DNA of 64,000 bases from Diplonema japonicum. Lineage: Eukaryota > Protista > Euglenozoa: Diplonemea. The notes beneath the pieces are model-generated. The model was not told where the DNA came from. It did no database searches and saw only the letters and a list, made by a program, of their open reading frames with translations. The stretch is from assembly GCA_964019335.1 (NCBI GenBank), contig OZ025676.1, positions 248,001-312,000 on the forward strand. The letters run 5' to 3'. Shown here in pieces: positions 22,344 through 32,828 of this stretch (positions are counted from its first letter, which is position 1; each line of letters begins with the position of its first letter). The position numbers were made by a program, and so were the translations under genes.

Positions 22344-24476
22344 CTACAACTGTGTACTAGAAGGGAACGAAGATGACGCATATGAGGTTGCCCGCAGGCC
22401 TGCAAGCTGCAGATTAGGAACCAGTTTCTTAGGGCGAAGCAGGTCTGTCCCCACAGAAGTGGGCGGGGTGTTGTTCTGAGGGGTGACGGGTTCTGAGGGG
22501 GCCTCGGATACCAAAGACGACCCACACGTACCATGATGCCACCTAGCAAGCGGGGGGCTAGGCTGCTGCACCCCGACATCGAACAAGGGGAACATCTCCT
22601 TAGGACATCTTGAGTACTTCTTCTGGTGTGCAACAATCTTAATCAATCTATTGTACAAAGTCCGGGCTACGTCATCAGGCACACCGCCGTACTCCTCTAG
22701 ATACCCGCACAGATCGCGTATGAGAGTGTCCACAGAACCAAACTGCAGTTCAGCGAAGACGGCGGTCCACATGTGAACGGAGCTGGGGTCTTTGTTGCGG
22801 AGCTGTAACACCTTCGATTCCGGTTCGAATACTTGATAAACAGTGTAGGCACCTTCTGTTTTAGAGGTGATCCTGTCTATCGGCCGCACGTACATTGGTT
22901 CCTTTGAAGCCGTGCCGCATTCTTCGTTGCAGAGCATGAAGACCGATGGGAACGACCTCCTCAGTTCGGCAAGCTCCGACAACACGTTCCAAACGGTCCC
23001 GACGACTTGATACTCACGCGACGCCATTGTCCCGACGACACCCACGTGGCAGGTCGCCGTTGCCGCGAAGCAGTGAACCTTTAGCGTTTTGATGTCAGTT
23101 GAACAATGCCCCGTCAGCGACGCGACACGTTTACTGTTCCACTGTTTGTGTATTTGAAAACCCGTGTATATAGCGGCAGTGCTGTGGTCTGGGTGGCGTA
23201 GGGGACCGTTGAAGATTATCTCAACACTGTTGTGCTTGAATCGTGTTGCGTACCCGTGGTTCTTCTTGGCTATGTTTGACACTAAATCGTGGAATCCGCA
23301 TACAACGGCAGCGATGGCCCTCCTCCGGACTGTAAGATCATTGACACCATCCAGACCGACAACAAGCACGGTGACTTCTCGCTTGCAAAGCATGGAATCG
23401 AAGTCGCACCGTGGGGACGACACCACCTCTGAGGGTTCCGCCGTGGTTTCATCGTTGCTGAGCAGTACAACAACTATCTTCTTGATCACGCTCAGTACCA
23501 GTGTTGTAACCGACGTTGCTAAGGAAGCAACCGCGAAAATATTTCTGTTTGTCGATTTTGTCAGGTCGTACACCGAGACCGCGATCGGCAGCAACGTTGC
23601 AAACGGGAAGCTGTACAGAGATCTCTTCACCGTGTATGCTCTTACACTGTCGGGGATCGGGCAGTAGAAGTTCAGCCCAGCGAACGATAGGTTCATCCAC
23701 AGGATCTCGAGGTTCAGGATGTTCAACAGCGAGAGAAAACACCCTAGAACCACGGATTTCGTGCAGTGCTGTATCCATACACTGACCTCCTTCGAAGCCT
23801 TCCCATGCGACAGAACCAGGAACGCGCTGCCGAGGTTGATGAACCCTGTCAGAGCAATAGACCCAACAACAGCCCAACCCAGGTATATCGGGGTTTTGTC
23901 GGTTTTCTTCAACAAATTAACTGCGAGAAGCATTGTTGTTGCCACGTCCAAAATGCTGATAAGGATTGACACGATGGGCCAGTAGTATCTGACTTCCGTG
24001 GTGCGGACACGGACGGTGATCTCGTCTTGCATGTGGCCCTCTAATATTTCTGCTAACTGGTTTGTGGTGTGGGGTTTGACCAGGTCGCCGCTTTCAGTGT
24101 ACATTCCGATCTCCACGGGCCTTCCCTCCTGGATGTTGAGGTTTTTTTTTGTCGTTGTGATGAACCGTTCTAAGCTTATTACCCCGTTAATGGTTTGTAG
24201 GTCAAACGATGCGTGTTTTTCCACTCCCTTCGCAGCCTGCATCAGCAGTGGTGTGGCCAGCAAGCCGGGGCCCAAGTACACGTTCGTCGAGTTGACCGGG
24301 CTTATTTTCTGTCCCTTCTCGTCCACAAGTAAACAGTTCACATGGATCGTCCTCTTCTTCACCTTGCACAGCTCGTCCAAAGACGCCTTTCGCATCTCAA
24401 TCAAAGCGAGCTTCTGAGGCATTGTGTCCAACGACAAATTTTCCAAGCTGTGCCCCAAAAGTTCATCGTTCAGCAT
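22344..24476 (-). CDS. Multi-pass membrane protein with degenerate class III nucleotidyl cyclase domain
   Basis: About five TM segments, followed by REVTVLVVGL..., IIFNGP..HPDH...AI, CHVGVVGT...YQVVG, VRPIDRI. This is a cyclase-like layout with catalytic residues altered. Confidence 0.75.
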   Translation of the reverse strand: MLNDELLGHSLENLSLDTMPQKLALIEMRKASLDELCKVKKRTIHVNCLLVDEKGQKISPVNSTNVYLGPGLLATPLLMQAAKGVEKHASFDLQTINGVISLERFITTTKKNLNIQEGRPVEIGMYTESGDLVKPHTTNQLAEILEGHMQDEITVRVRTTEVRYYWPIVSILISILDVATTMLLAVNLLKKTDKTPIYLGWAVVGSIALTGFINLGSAFLVLSHGKASKEVSVWIQHCTKSVVLGCFLSLLNILNLEILWMNLSFAGLNFYCPIPDSVRAYTVKRSLYSFPFATLLPIAVSVYDLTKSTNRNIFAVASLATSVTTLVLSVIKKIVVVLLSNDETTAEPSEVVSSPRCDFDSMLCKREVTVLVVGLDGVNDLTVRRRAIAAVVCGFHDLVSNIAKKNHGYATRFKHNSVEIIFNGPLRHPDHSTAAIYTGFQIHKQWNSKRVASLTGHCSTDIKTLKVHCFAATATCHVGVVGTMASREYQVVGTVWNVLSELAELRRSFPSVFMLCNEECGTASKEPMYVRPIDRITSKTEGAYTVYQVFEPESKVLQLRNKDPSSVHMWTAVFAELQFGSVDTLIRDLCGYLEEYGGVPDDVARTLYNRLIKIVAHQKKYSRCPKEMFPLFDVGVQQPSPPLARWHHGTCGSSLVSEAPSEPVTPQNNTPPTSVGTDLLRPKKLVPNLQLAGLRATSYASSSFPSSTQL

Positions 24477-24684
24477 GGAATGCCCTATACTTTTTTTTTT
24501 TTTTTTTCCTTTTCTTTTTTTTTTTTTGTGTGTGGTTTTAAGACGCTTGAACAAATAACAAAAAAAAAAAGGTTTTACTTGCCACATTAAAACCGTACAG
24601 AACCGGACCGTGAGGGGTGTTCTCGTCTTGTAAAAGACGATCGGAAAAAAAAAATCGTTGAAGGGAACTCCCCCTCCTCTTTTT

Positions 24685-27600
24685 TTAAGAGTAACCAGGG
24701 TACGACGAGGGTGACGCACATGTGACGTGGCGTTTCCCTAAAAACCGCAAAGAATAGCCTTGTTTGCACACACAGGTCGATGTAAGGGTTGAATCCTCAA
24801 GCGCCATGCAGGTCCCCTTCCCTCCGCACAGCGTGACCGACGACGACGTGCCCGACCCTCCGTAGCATATGGTACCGCTGGGGACCTCGCACGCCAAGGC
24901 GATGGCCGCAGAGGAAGGTGTGCTGGAACAACGCCGCGAGGCAGGTCGTGCGACTCTCGTAGCACCTTGCCACGGGAAGGAAATGGTATAATTTGTTTTG
25001 CATCCAAAGAGCTCGATCTCCGACGCAGCAAGTACACGATACTGGCCACCGAAGACCACCTTCACAGCGCGAGTGTTTTCAGTACTGCACCTATCACGGA
25101 AAGCACCAAAAGATGAACCAAACACAGTCCTATTCGCGCACAACACCCATGACCCACGTCCATACAGCTCCGTTGACGCATAGACTTGGTACCCATCCAG
25201 TATGTTTGCAGCGTACGAAGATCCCTCTTCAGTGCTGTACACAACGATGGATGTCAGAGTGGTGGGGTGGTGCAGTTGGATGAGGATGTGTGGGTCGGTT
25301 TCGTTCCCGCTGACGCACCCCGTGCATGCTGCGGTGTATTTCGCGCCGTCAAAACACCCATCCACACCCCCACACCCATTCGACGAAAACCGCCTCCAGT
25401 CCGCGCTCACACGTCCCCACTGCGACGGATCGCTGCATTCCCCTTCCTCCCGTGTTAGGGAATAAAATGTGTACCCATCCTTCACCCAGCCTTTCGGACA
25501 CCCGCTGGCAGTCTTTTCCCAATAACACGTGGATTCTGTATTTGGATACGCAGGGTAGTACGTGCCGTAGGTGAAGTAGTAGCAGCCCGCCTTTTGCGCA
25601 CACAGATCGGAACACATCGACAACGACGCAACGTACCCTAGATACTCCCTGGCACTGGAGCACCTGTACCCAGCCTTAACTTCTGTGTACGAGTTGAGCG
25701 GTACATCTTCCGATATGCTTGCTGTGGTGGTAGGGAGGGTCATAGTCCAGGTGTCGGTTGCAGTGGGAAGAGTTAGGGTTATCGAAAAGGTGTCACTGAG
25801 AGAGTGTGTCTGCGTGAGCGAAGCGGTCTCACTCCGCGTAGGTAGTGTGAGCGAGATGGTTTCGCTCAACGACAGAGTGTCCGACAGGGTTGTGGTCATC
25901 GTCCGCAGTGAGAGCGAAAATGTGAAGGTAGTTGTTTGTGTTAAGGTAGCTGTACCCGTGGGTAGAGAGAGCGTCGTTGTGTCTGTCTCAGTCAGCGTGA
26001 CCGTCTCTGTGGCTGTCGGCATGGTCGCGGTGCCAGTGAGCGTGTCTGTCACCGTCAGCGTTTGCGTCACCGTTGGTAACGACAAGGAGAGCGTCTCTGT
26101 GGCAGTAGCCGATTCTGAAGCCGAATGTGTTTGAGTGAAAGTGCCACTGGGAAGTGTAAAGGTAAATGTAAGGGAGTCTGACTCTGTAAGGGAGAACGTG
26201 AACGTTGTAGTCAACGAGTATGTTGGCGTCAACGTGTAGGAGGCGGTGGCCAACGACAGGGTGCGCGTTATGGAGGGAGTGTACGTGTGAGACCAGGTTT
26301 CTGTGTGACTGATGCTGTGCGTGTCCGACAAGGAGTAGGTTTCAGTGCTGCTGTGCGTCTCCGAGTGGGAGAAGGTTGCGGATAAAGTTTCACTGAACGT
26401 TTGCGACTGCGAAAACGTTTGCGACTGGGACTGCGACATCGACAGGGTATTAGAAAACGAAAAGGTGCTCGACAGAGATTCCGACATAGTCAAGGAGTGG
26501 GTAGCAGACATGGACAGTGTGAGTGACGCACTCAATGACAAAGACTGCGATTCAGTTAGGGATAACGACGTCGAGAGAGTTCCCGTGGGAAGGGTGATGG
26601 TTGTAGTCGCAGTCAGAGTTAACGACTCCGACGACGAGGCTGTGGGCAATGTAAGAGTCTCTGTCATAGTGCTGGTGGGCAAAGAGATTGTCTCTGTCGC
26701 CGACAGGGTCTCTGACAACGACGAGGTGCCAGTGGGCATGGTAATGGAGTACGTGCTGGTTAACGACTCAGATAATGACAGGGTTTCCGAAACAGACGAA
26801 GTACCTGTAGGTAGGGACACAGTCATGGTCTCCGTAGCTGTGTACGTCTCAGAGGCGGTCCCAGTGGGCAAGGTTACCGAGTACGTTGAAGTTTCGGTGA
26901 ACAAAGAGATTGTCGCTGTCTCAGACTGTGTAATCGTTGCAGAAGAAGTACTTGTAGGGAGCGAGATCGATACTGTATCTGATAGTGACTGGCTGGATGA
27001 AGCAGTCCCAGTAGGAATTGTCAGTGAAACTGTTTCAGATGAGGTCCCGGTGGGAAGAGAGATTGTGCTAGACAGCGTAGCAGTTGGGAGGCTCATCGAT
27101 ATAGTCTCCGATAACGACAGAGTCTCAGATGAGGTCCCAGTGGGAAGGGTAACCGTCTCAGAGGCGGTTCTGGTGAACAACGAGATTGTCGCGCTCTCCG
27201 ACTGCGTAATCGTTGCAGAAGAAGTACTCGTAGGGAGCGAGATCGATACTGTATCTGATAGTGACTGACTGGTTGAAGCAGTCCCAGTAGGAATTGTCAG
27301 TGAAACTGTTTCAGATGAGGTCCCGGTGGGAAGAGAGATTGTGCTGGATAGCGTTGCTGTAGGCAGACTGACTGAAATAGTTTCCGATAAAGATAAAGTC
27401 TCGGTTGCAGTCCCAGTGGGAAGGGTAACCGTCTCAGAGGCAGTTCCGGTGAACAAAGAGATTGTCGCTGTCTCAGACTGTGTAATCGTTGCAGAAGAAG
27501 TACTTGTAGGGAGCGAGATCGATACTGTATCTGATAGTGACTGGCTGGTTGAAGCAGTCCCAGTAGGAATTGTCAGTGAAACTGTTTCCGATAGGGACAG

Positions 27601-30252
27601 AGTCTCAGATGAAGTCCCAGTGGGAAGAGTAACAGTTTCAGAAGAAGTCACGGTGGGAAGAGTAATTGTTTCAGAAGCCGTCGCAGTGGGAAGGGTAATC
27701 GTTTCAGAAGAAGTCACAGTGGGAAGAGTCACTGTTTCTGATGAAGTCCCGGTAGGAAGAGTAATCGTTTCAGAAGCCGTCCCAGTGGGAAGAGTAACCG
27801 TTTCAGAAGCCGTCGCAGTGGGAAGGGTAACTGTTTCAGATGAAGTTTCGGTGGGAAGAGTAATCGTTTCAGAAGCCGTTCCGGTAGGAAGAGTAATCGT
27901 TTCAGAAGAAGTCACGGTGGGAAGAGTAATTGTTTCAGAAGCCGTCGCGGTGGGTAAGGTAACCGTTTCAGAAGCCGTACTGGTGGGAAGGGTAATCGTT
28001 TCAGAAGCCGTACTGGTGGGAAGAGTAACCGTTTCAGAAGCCGTCCCAGTGGGAAGAGTAACCGTTTCAGATAAAGTCCCAGTTGGAAGGGTTACCGTTT
28101 CAGAAGAGGTCTCAGTTGGAAAAGTAACAGTTTCAGAAGCCGTTTCAGTCGGAAGAGTAACCGTTTCAGATGAAGTCACGGTGGGAAGAGTAATTGTCTC
28201 AGAAGCCGTCGCAGTAGGAAGAGTAATCGTTTCAGAAGCTGTTCCGGTGGGAAGTGTAACCGTTTCAGAAGCCGTCACAGTGGGAAGGGTAACCGTTTGA
28301 GATAAAGTTCCGGTGGGAAGAGTAATTGTTTCAGAAGCGGTTCCGGTGGGAAGGGTAACCGTTTCAGATGAAGTCACGGTGGGAAGAGTAATCGTTTCAG
28401 AAGCTGTCCCAGTGGGTAAGGTAACCGTTTCAGAAGAAGTCACAGTGGGAATAGTTACCGTTTCAGAAGCCGTTGCAGTGGGAAGAGTAACAGTTTGAGA
28501 AGCTGTCCCAGTGGGAAGGGTAACCGTTTCAGAAGAAGTCACAGTGGGAAGAGTAATTGTTTCAGAAGCCGTCGCAGTAGGAAGAGTCACCGTTTCAGAA
28601 GAAGTCCTAGTAGGAAGGGTAATAGTTTCAGAAGCTGTTCCGGTGGGAAGAGTAATTGTTTCAGAAGCCGTCCCAGTGGGAAGAGTAATCGTTTCAGAAG
28701 AAGTCACGGTGGGAAGAGTTACCGTTTCAGAAGCCGTCCTGGTGGGAAGGGTAACTGTTTCAGTAGAAGTCACGGTGGGAAGAGTAATCGTTTCAGAAGC
28801 GGTTCCGGTGGGAAGGGTAACCGTTTCAGATGAAGTCACAGTGGGAAGAGTAATTGTTTCAGAAGCCGTCGCGGTGGGTAAGGTAACTGTTTCAGAAGAA
28901 GTGGCAGTGAGAAGAGTAATCGTTTCAGAAGCTGTCCCAGTGGGTAAGGTAACCGTTTCAGAAGAAGTCCTAGTAGGAAGGGTAATAGTTTCAGAAGCTG
29001 TTCCGGTGGGAAGTGTAATTGTTTCAGAAGCCGTCCTGGTGGGAAGGGTAACTGTTTCAGTAGAAGTCACGGTGGGAAGAGTAATCGTTTCAGAAGCCGT
29101 TCCGGTGGGAAGGGTAACAGTTTCAGATGAAGTCACGGTGGGAAGAGTAATTGTTTCAGAAGCCGTCGCGGTGGGTAAGGTAACTGTCTCAGAAGAAGTC
29201 GCAGTGAGAAGAGTAATCGTTTCAGAAGCTGTTCCGGTGGGAAGGGTAACAGTTTCAGATGAAGTCCCAGTAGGAAGAGTAATCGTTTCAGAATCCGTCC
29301 CAGTGGGAAGAGTAACCGTTTCAGAAGCCGTTCCGGTGGGAAGAGTAACCGTTTCAGATGAAGTCTCGGTGGGAAGAGTAATTGTTTCAGAAGCCGTCGC
29401 GGTGGGCAGGGTAACAGTTTCAGAAGCCGTCCCAGTAGGAAGGGTAATCGTTTCAGAAGCCGTCCCAGTGGGAAGAGTAATCGTTTCAGAAGCCGTTCCG
29501 GTGGGAAGTGTAACTGTTTTAGATGACGTCTCGGTGGGAAGGGTAATTGTTTCTGAAGCCGTCGCGGTGGGCAGGGTAACAGTTTCAGAAGCCGTCAGAG
29601 TAGGAAGGGTAATCGTTTCAGAAGAAGTCACAGTGGGAAGAGTAATCGTTTCAGAAGCCGTTCCGGTGGGAAGGGTAACCGTTTCAGATGAAGTCACGGT
29701 GGGAAGAGTAACAGTTTCAGAAGCCGTCGTGGTGGGTAAGGTAACCGTTTCAGAAGAAGTCACAGTGGGAAGAGTTATCGTTTCAGAAGCCGTTCCGGTG
29801 GGAAGAGTAATTGTTTCAGATGAAGTCTCGGTGGGAAGAGTAATCGTTTCAGAAGCCGTCGCGGTGAGCAGGGTAACAGTTTCAGATGCCGTCGCGGTGG
29901 GAAGAGTAATCGTTTCAGAAGAAGTCACAGTGGGAAGAGTTATCGTTTCAGAAGCCGTCGCAGTGGGGAGGGTAATCGTTTCAGAAGCCGTCGCTGTGGG
30001 AAGAGTAATTGTTTCAGAAGCTGTCCCAGTGGGAAGGGTAACCGTTTCAGATGAAGTCATGGTGGGAAGAGTAACAGTTTCAGAAGAAGTACTTGTAGGG
30101 AGCGAGAATGACATTGAAACGGTTGGAAGTGTCACTGTAATCGTTTGGGTCGCTGAAGGCAACGAAATAGTGATAGTCTCGGTCATGGTCGGGGTGTTAA
30201 GGCCAGCAGCCCCCGCCAAGACCAGCACACCCGCTACAAAGCGGGCGAACAT
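24685..30252 (-). CDS. Giant secreted Thr/Ser-rich repeat (mucin-like) protein with C-terminal Cys-rich PAN-like, discoidin/galactose-binding-like and EGF-like domains
   Basis: Signal peptide; ~75 copies of the 11-aa repeat TASETVTLPTx; C-terminal HILIQL..TLTSIVVY..TRAVKV..EIELFG and CGGKGTC..CVCKQGY. Confidence 0.85.
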   Translation of the reverse strand: MFARFVAGVLVLAGAAGLNTPTMTETITISLPSATQTITVTLPTVSMSFSLPTSTSSETVTLPTMTSSETVTLPTGTASETITLPTATASETITLPTATASETITLPTVTSSETITLPTATASETVTLLTATASETITLPTETSSETITLPTGTASETITLPTVTSSETVTLPTTTASETVTLPTVTSSETVTLPTGTASETITLPTVTSSETITLPTLTASETVTLPTATASETITLPTETSSKTVTLPTGTASETITLPTGTASETITLPTGTASETVTLPTATASETITLPTETSSETVTLPTGTASETVTLPTGTDSETITLPTGTSSETVTLPTGTASETITLLTATSSETVTLPTATASETITLPTVTSSETVTLPTGTASETITLPTVTSTETVTLPTRTASETITLPTGTASETITLPTRTSSETVTLPTGTASETITLLTATSSETVTLPTATASETITLPTVTSSETVTLPTGTASETITLPTVTSTETVTLPTRTASETVTLPTVTSSETITLPTGTASETITLPTGTASETITLPTRTSSETVTLPTATASETITLPTVTSSETVTLPTGTASQTVTLPTATASETVTIPTVTSSETVTLPTGTASETITLPTVTSSETVTLPTGTASETITLPTGTLSQTVTLPTVTASETVTLPTGTASETITLPTATASETITLPTVTSSETVTLPTETASETVTFPTETSSETVTLPTGTLSETVTLPTGTASETVTLPTSTASETITLPTSTASETVTLPTATASETITLPTVTSSETITLPTGTASETITLPTETSSETVTLPTATASETVTLPTGTASETITLPTGTSSETVTLPTVTSSETITLPTATASETITLPTVTSSETVTLPTGTSSETLSLSETVSLTIPTGTASTSQSLSDTVSISLPTSTSSATITQSETATISLFTGTASETVTLPTGTATETLSLSETISVSLPTATLSSTISLPTGTSSETVSLTIPTGTASTSQSLSDTVSISLPTSTSSATITQSESATISLFTRTASETVTLPTGTSSETLSLSETISMSLPTATLSSTISLPTGTSSETVSLTIPTGTASSSQSLSDTVSISLPTSTSSATITQSETATISLFTETSTYSVTLPTGTASETYTATETMTVSLPTGTSSVSETLSLSESLTSTYSITMPTGTSSLSETLSATETISLPTSTMTETLTLPTASSSESLTLTATTTITLPTGTLSTSLSLTESQSLSLSASLTLSMSATHSLTMSESLSSTFSFSNTLSMSQSQSQTFSQSQTFSETLSATFSHSETHSSTETYSLSDTHSISHTETWSHTYTPSITRTLSLATASYTLTPTYSLTTTFTFSLTESDSLTFTFTLPSGTFTQTHSASESATATETLSLSLPTVTQTLTVTDTLTGTATMPTATETVTLTETDTTTLSLPTGTATLTQTTTFTFSLSLRTMTTTLSDTLSLSETISLTLPTRSETASLTQTHSLSDTFSITLTLPTATDTWTMTLPTTTASISEDVPLNSYTEVKAGYRCSSAREYLGYVASLSMCSDLCAQKAGCYYFTYGTYYPAYPNTESTCYWEKTASGCPKGWVKDGYTFYSLTREEGECSDPSQWGRVSADWRRFSSNGCGGVDGCFDGAKYTAACTGCVSGNETDPHILIQLHHPTTLTSIVVYSTEEGSSYAANILDGYQVYASTELYGRGSWVLCANRTVFGSSFGAFRDRCSTENTRAVKVVFGGQYRVLAASEIELFGCKTNYTISFPWQGATRVARPASRRCSSTPSSAAIALACEVPSGTICYGGSGTSSSVTLCGGKGTCMALEDSTLTSTCVCKQGYSLRFLGKRHVTCASPSSYPGYS
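27600..30090. repeat. 33-bp coding minisatellite (plus three 276-bp blocks at ~26.9-27.6 kb)
   Basis: GTTTCAGAAG...GTGGGAAGAGTAA recurs every 33 nt. GAACAA(A/C)GAGATTGTCGC recurs at ~26899, 27175 and 27451. Confidence 0.92.
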
Positions 30253-30746
30253 ATTGCACCCACCTGTATCTGTGGCGAGGCGCTGGAACGAGAAAAAAAA
30301 AAAGCAGAAGGGATAACGTTGCCTTTTGTAAAAGGAGAATATAACAGGGAAGCACCCTAATACCGCTGCTGGATGAGCGTGTTACAGTTTAAAAAAAAAA
30401 AAAAAAAAAAAAAGAGGAATGGGGAACAAGAAACGATACTAATCGGGAAACGAGGAGAGGGGAAGAAGAAAAAAAAAAGAAAAAAAAAAGGATCAGGAGG
30501 CACATAGCGCAATGTCTCCTGCTTTTTTTTTTCTTCTTTTCTTTTTTTTTTTTAAAAAAAAATTCTCCCCTCTCTTTTTTGTATTCAGACAATTCCCAGT
30601 CTGAGAACGTATCCGGAAAAGAAAAAAAAAAAAGAGAAATATTCTGTGTCATAATAAAAGTGTACACTAAAAAATAAAGAAAAGAAGAAGAAGAAAAAAA
30701 AAAGCACAAGGGAAAGGGTTCTTTTTCTTTTTCGGGTCGTCCCTTT

Positions 30747-32447
30747 TCAGTCAAGCCCAATCGCCTCGAGCCCCACCACAAGGGCGAGAGACAGCGGAAA
30801 CAGCAACAAAACAACAGGCGCTTGCCACGAGGGATGGAAGGTCTGCTGAGAGAAGAGGAACATTACAAGCTCGATAACAACGATGGCAGAAGTCTCCGCG
30901 GTAAACTCCCAAAGAAGAGTTTTAGAGTAAATAAGGTACAAGAAAATGGCAAGACAGAATGTATTGTTCATGCAGGCAGCCCCAATAAGGGTTGACAGGG
31001 AAATTGTGAATGTGTTTTCCGTCTTCTTAAGAGCATAGTTGTAGGCTGCGAGCAATTCAGAGGCATTGCTAGCAAGCGGCGCCATGATGAACGAGATGTA
31101 AAAGGGTGAAACACCAATCCTTGCACCAGTGTTGCTCAACACGCTGACCATTGGATCGCTGAAAATGAGCACCATAGCAGTCCCCACAGCCATCATGGAA
31201 CACGCGCGTTTCCAAATCGCAGCCTGTTGTTGCTCCGAAGACATGTCCTTTAGGTCGTCAGGCATCTCATCCTCTCCACTGTCCTCACTGTCCTCTTCAT
31301 CGTATTTTCTTGAAGGCGATGCGGCAGAAGACATTGTAGGGGAACGGTGTTTCTGTTGTTCCAGGTACGTGTTCACACCCGATTCAAACTCGGTCCAGGT
31401 GATCCTCCCGTTCTGATCATGGTCCGCTTCTTTGATACACTTCACAAGCCCCACACCTTCGTGAAGGTCGTTCACAAGCAGCGACAGTTCGTCCTATTTT
31501 TTCTTTTTTTTTTTTTAGAAAAACAGTACCGCATCGATATCGTTGCTTCTGTCCTTGTCGTAGTGGTGGAAGTATCTCAAGAGGACCCGCTTCACATCAG
31601 CTTGAGACCTGCGTGACGTTTTGAAAAAAGAAAAGAAGAAACAAAAACAAAAAAAAAAAAAAAAAAAAAAAAAAAATGCATACGCAGTTTTGTGTAAATA
31701 TTCGATAGACATGAGCCCGTTGTTCATGGCTTTTTCTGCGATGTCGTTTCTGATGCGGTCTTTTGTTTCTTGCACCTCGACACCGCCGCCGCCAGCCAGC
31801 TGGTCGTAAAGGTAGACGAAAAACAGGAAGAGGGACATGACAAGGCCTGTGAGGGCCCAGGTCGATTCCTCAAGCGCGATTTTTTGAAGGCAGGCAACGT
31901 CGCCTGGGGCGCATCCGCAGTTTTCCACAACGCAGCCGAAGCGCAGGGAAGGGATCTGAATGACGAAGTAAGCGATCATTGTTGTAAACATGAACCACCC
32001 TCCACGGGCGATAGACTTGTTGCAGAAGGCACCGGTGGTGAACATTTGCGAGGAAAAGCTACCTTCGGACACCTTGGGCCTAACGGGTTTGCCATTTTTT
32101 ACGTTGACCCTGCCTGCAACGATGGCAAGAAACCAGGGGATGGTGAGCAACATAATGGTGCTTCCTGCCAGCGCGCCCACACCCACAGCCAGAGACTCCT
32201 GCGTCGCGCCTGAGAACAATATAATCGCACCATCGGGGACTGCTCCCAAGATGGGTAGCACTACTGACCCTACCAGGTCCTTTGCAGATGTTAGCAGCAA
32301 AAGCTCGCTTCCCTCTGAGATCATGTTGCTCGCGTTGAACAAAATGTACCCGTACACCGCACCAAGGAAGAGTACTTGGAACAGACCGTAATCGTCCTGG
32401 GGGAGCACCTCAGGCTCGATGAACAATTTTCCGAGCACTTCACCCAT
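30747..32447 (-). CDS. NCL: EF-hand Na+/Ca2+ exchanger-like protein (NCL/EF-CAX), introns 31494-31529 and 31609-31683
   Basis: SEGSELLL..GSVVLPILGAVPDG, GALAGSTIMLLT, PLASNASE, GAACMNN. Splicing restores EF-hand DKDRSNDIDADEL; a second EF-hand reads DHDQNGRITWTEF. Confidence 0.9.
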
Positions 32448-32828
32448 ATTTCTTTTTTATTTATTTTTCACCCCCTTCGCTCCCTTTATTGGCGAGGCGG
32501 ATGGAAAGGAGATCTGAATGACGCCTTGGCCATGACAGCAAACCCGCGCCGAAGGTGACAAAGAAGAACCTCGTCGAAGATTTCGGTGAAAAGCCGCGCG
32601 ACCGCTCGGGTCTATCCACTGGGTCTTCAACGTGAAGATGCAGCGCGTTAGGACGTGTGTTACATACATTCCTCCGCGTGATTGAATACCAGAAAAGGGG
32701 TTTGCCCCTACCACCTGCTGCACTGGGCCGAGCCCAGGAACAAACCAAAGGTGCCCGAGGTCCTCTCGGATAATGGAAATCGAAAATAGGGAAGGGAACA
32801 AAAACAAAAATCGATCCATGTCAACAGA

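Noticed and set aside
24476-24719. Fusion of the mucin-like gene with the downstream cyclase into one receptor
   Set aside because: There is an in-frame stop at 24685, no GTATG-type donor, and a normal A-rich leader before the cyclase ATG.
25685-30316. Long Val-rich plus-strand ORFs; CRISPR-like periodicity
   Set aside because: Antisense shadow of the 33-bp coding repeat, with no unique spacers.
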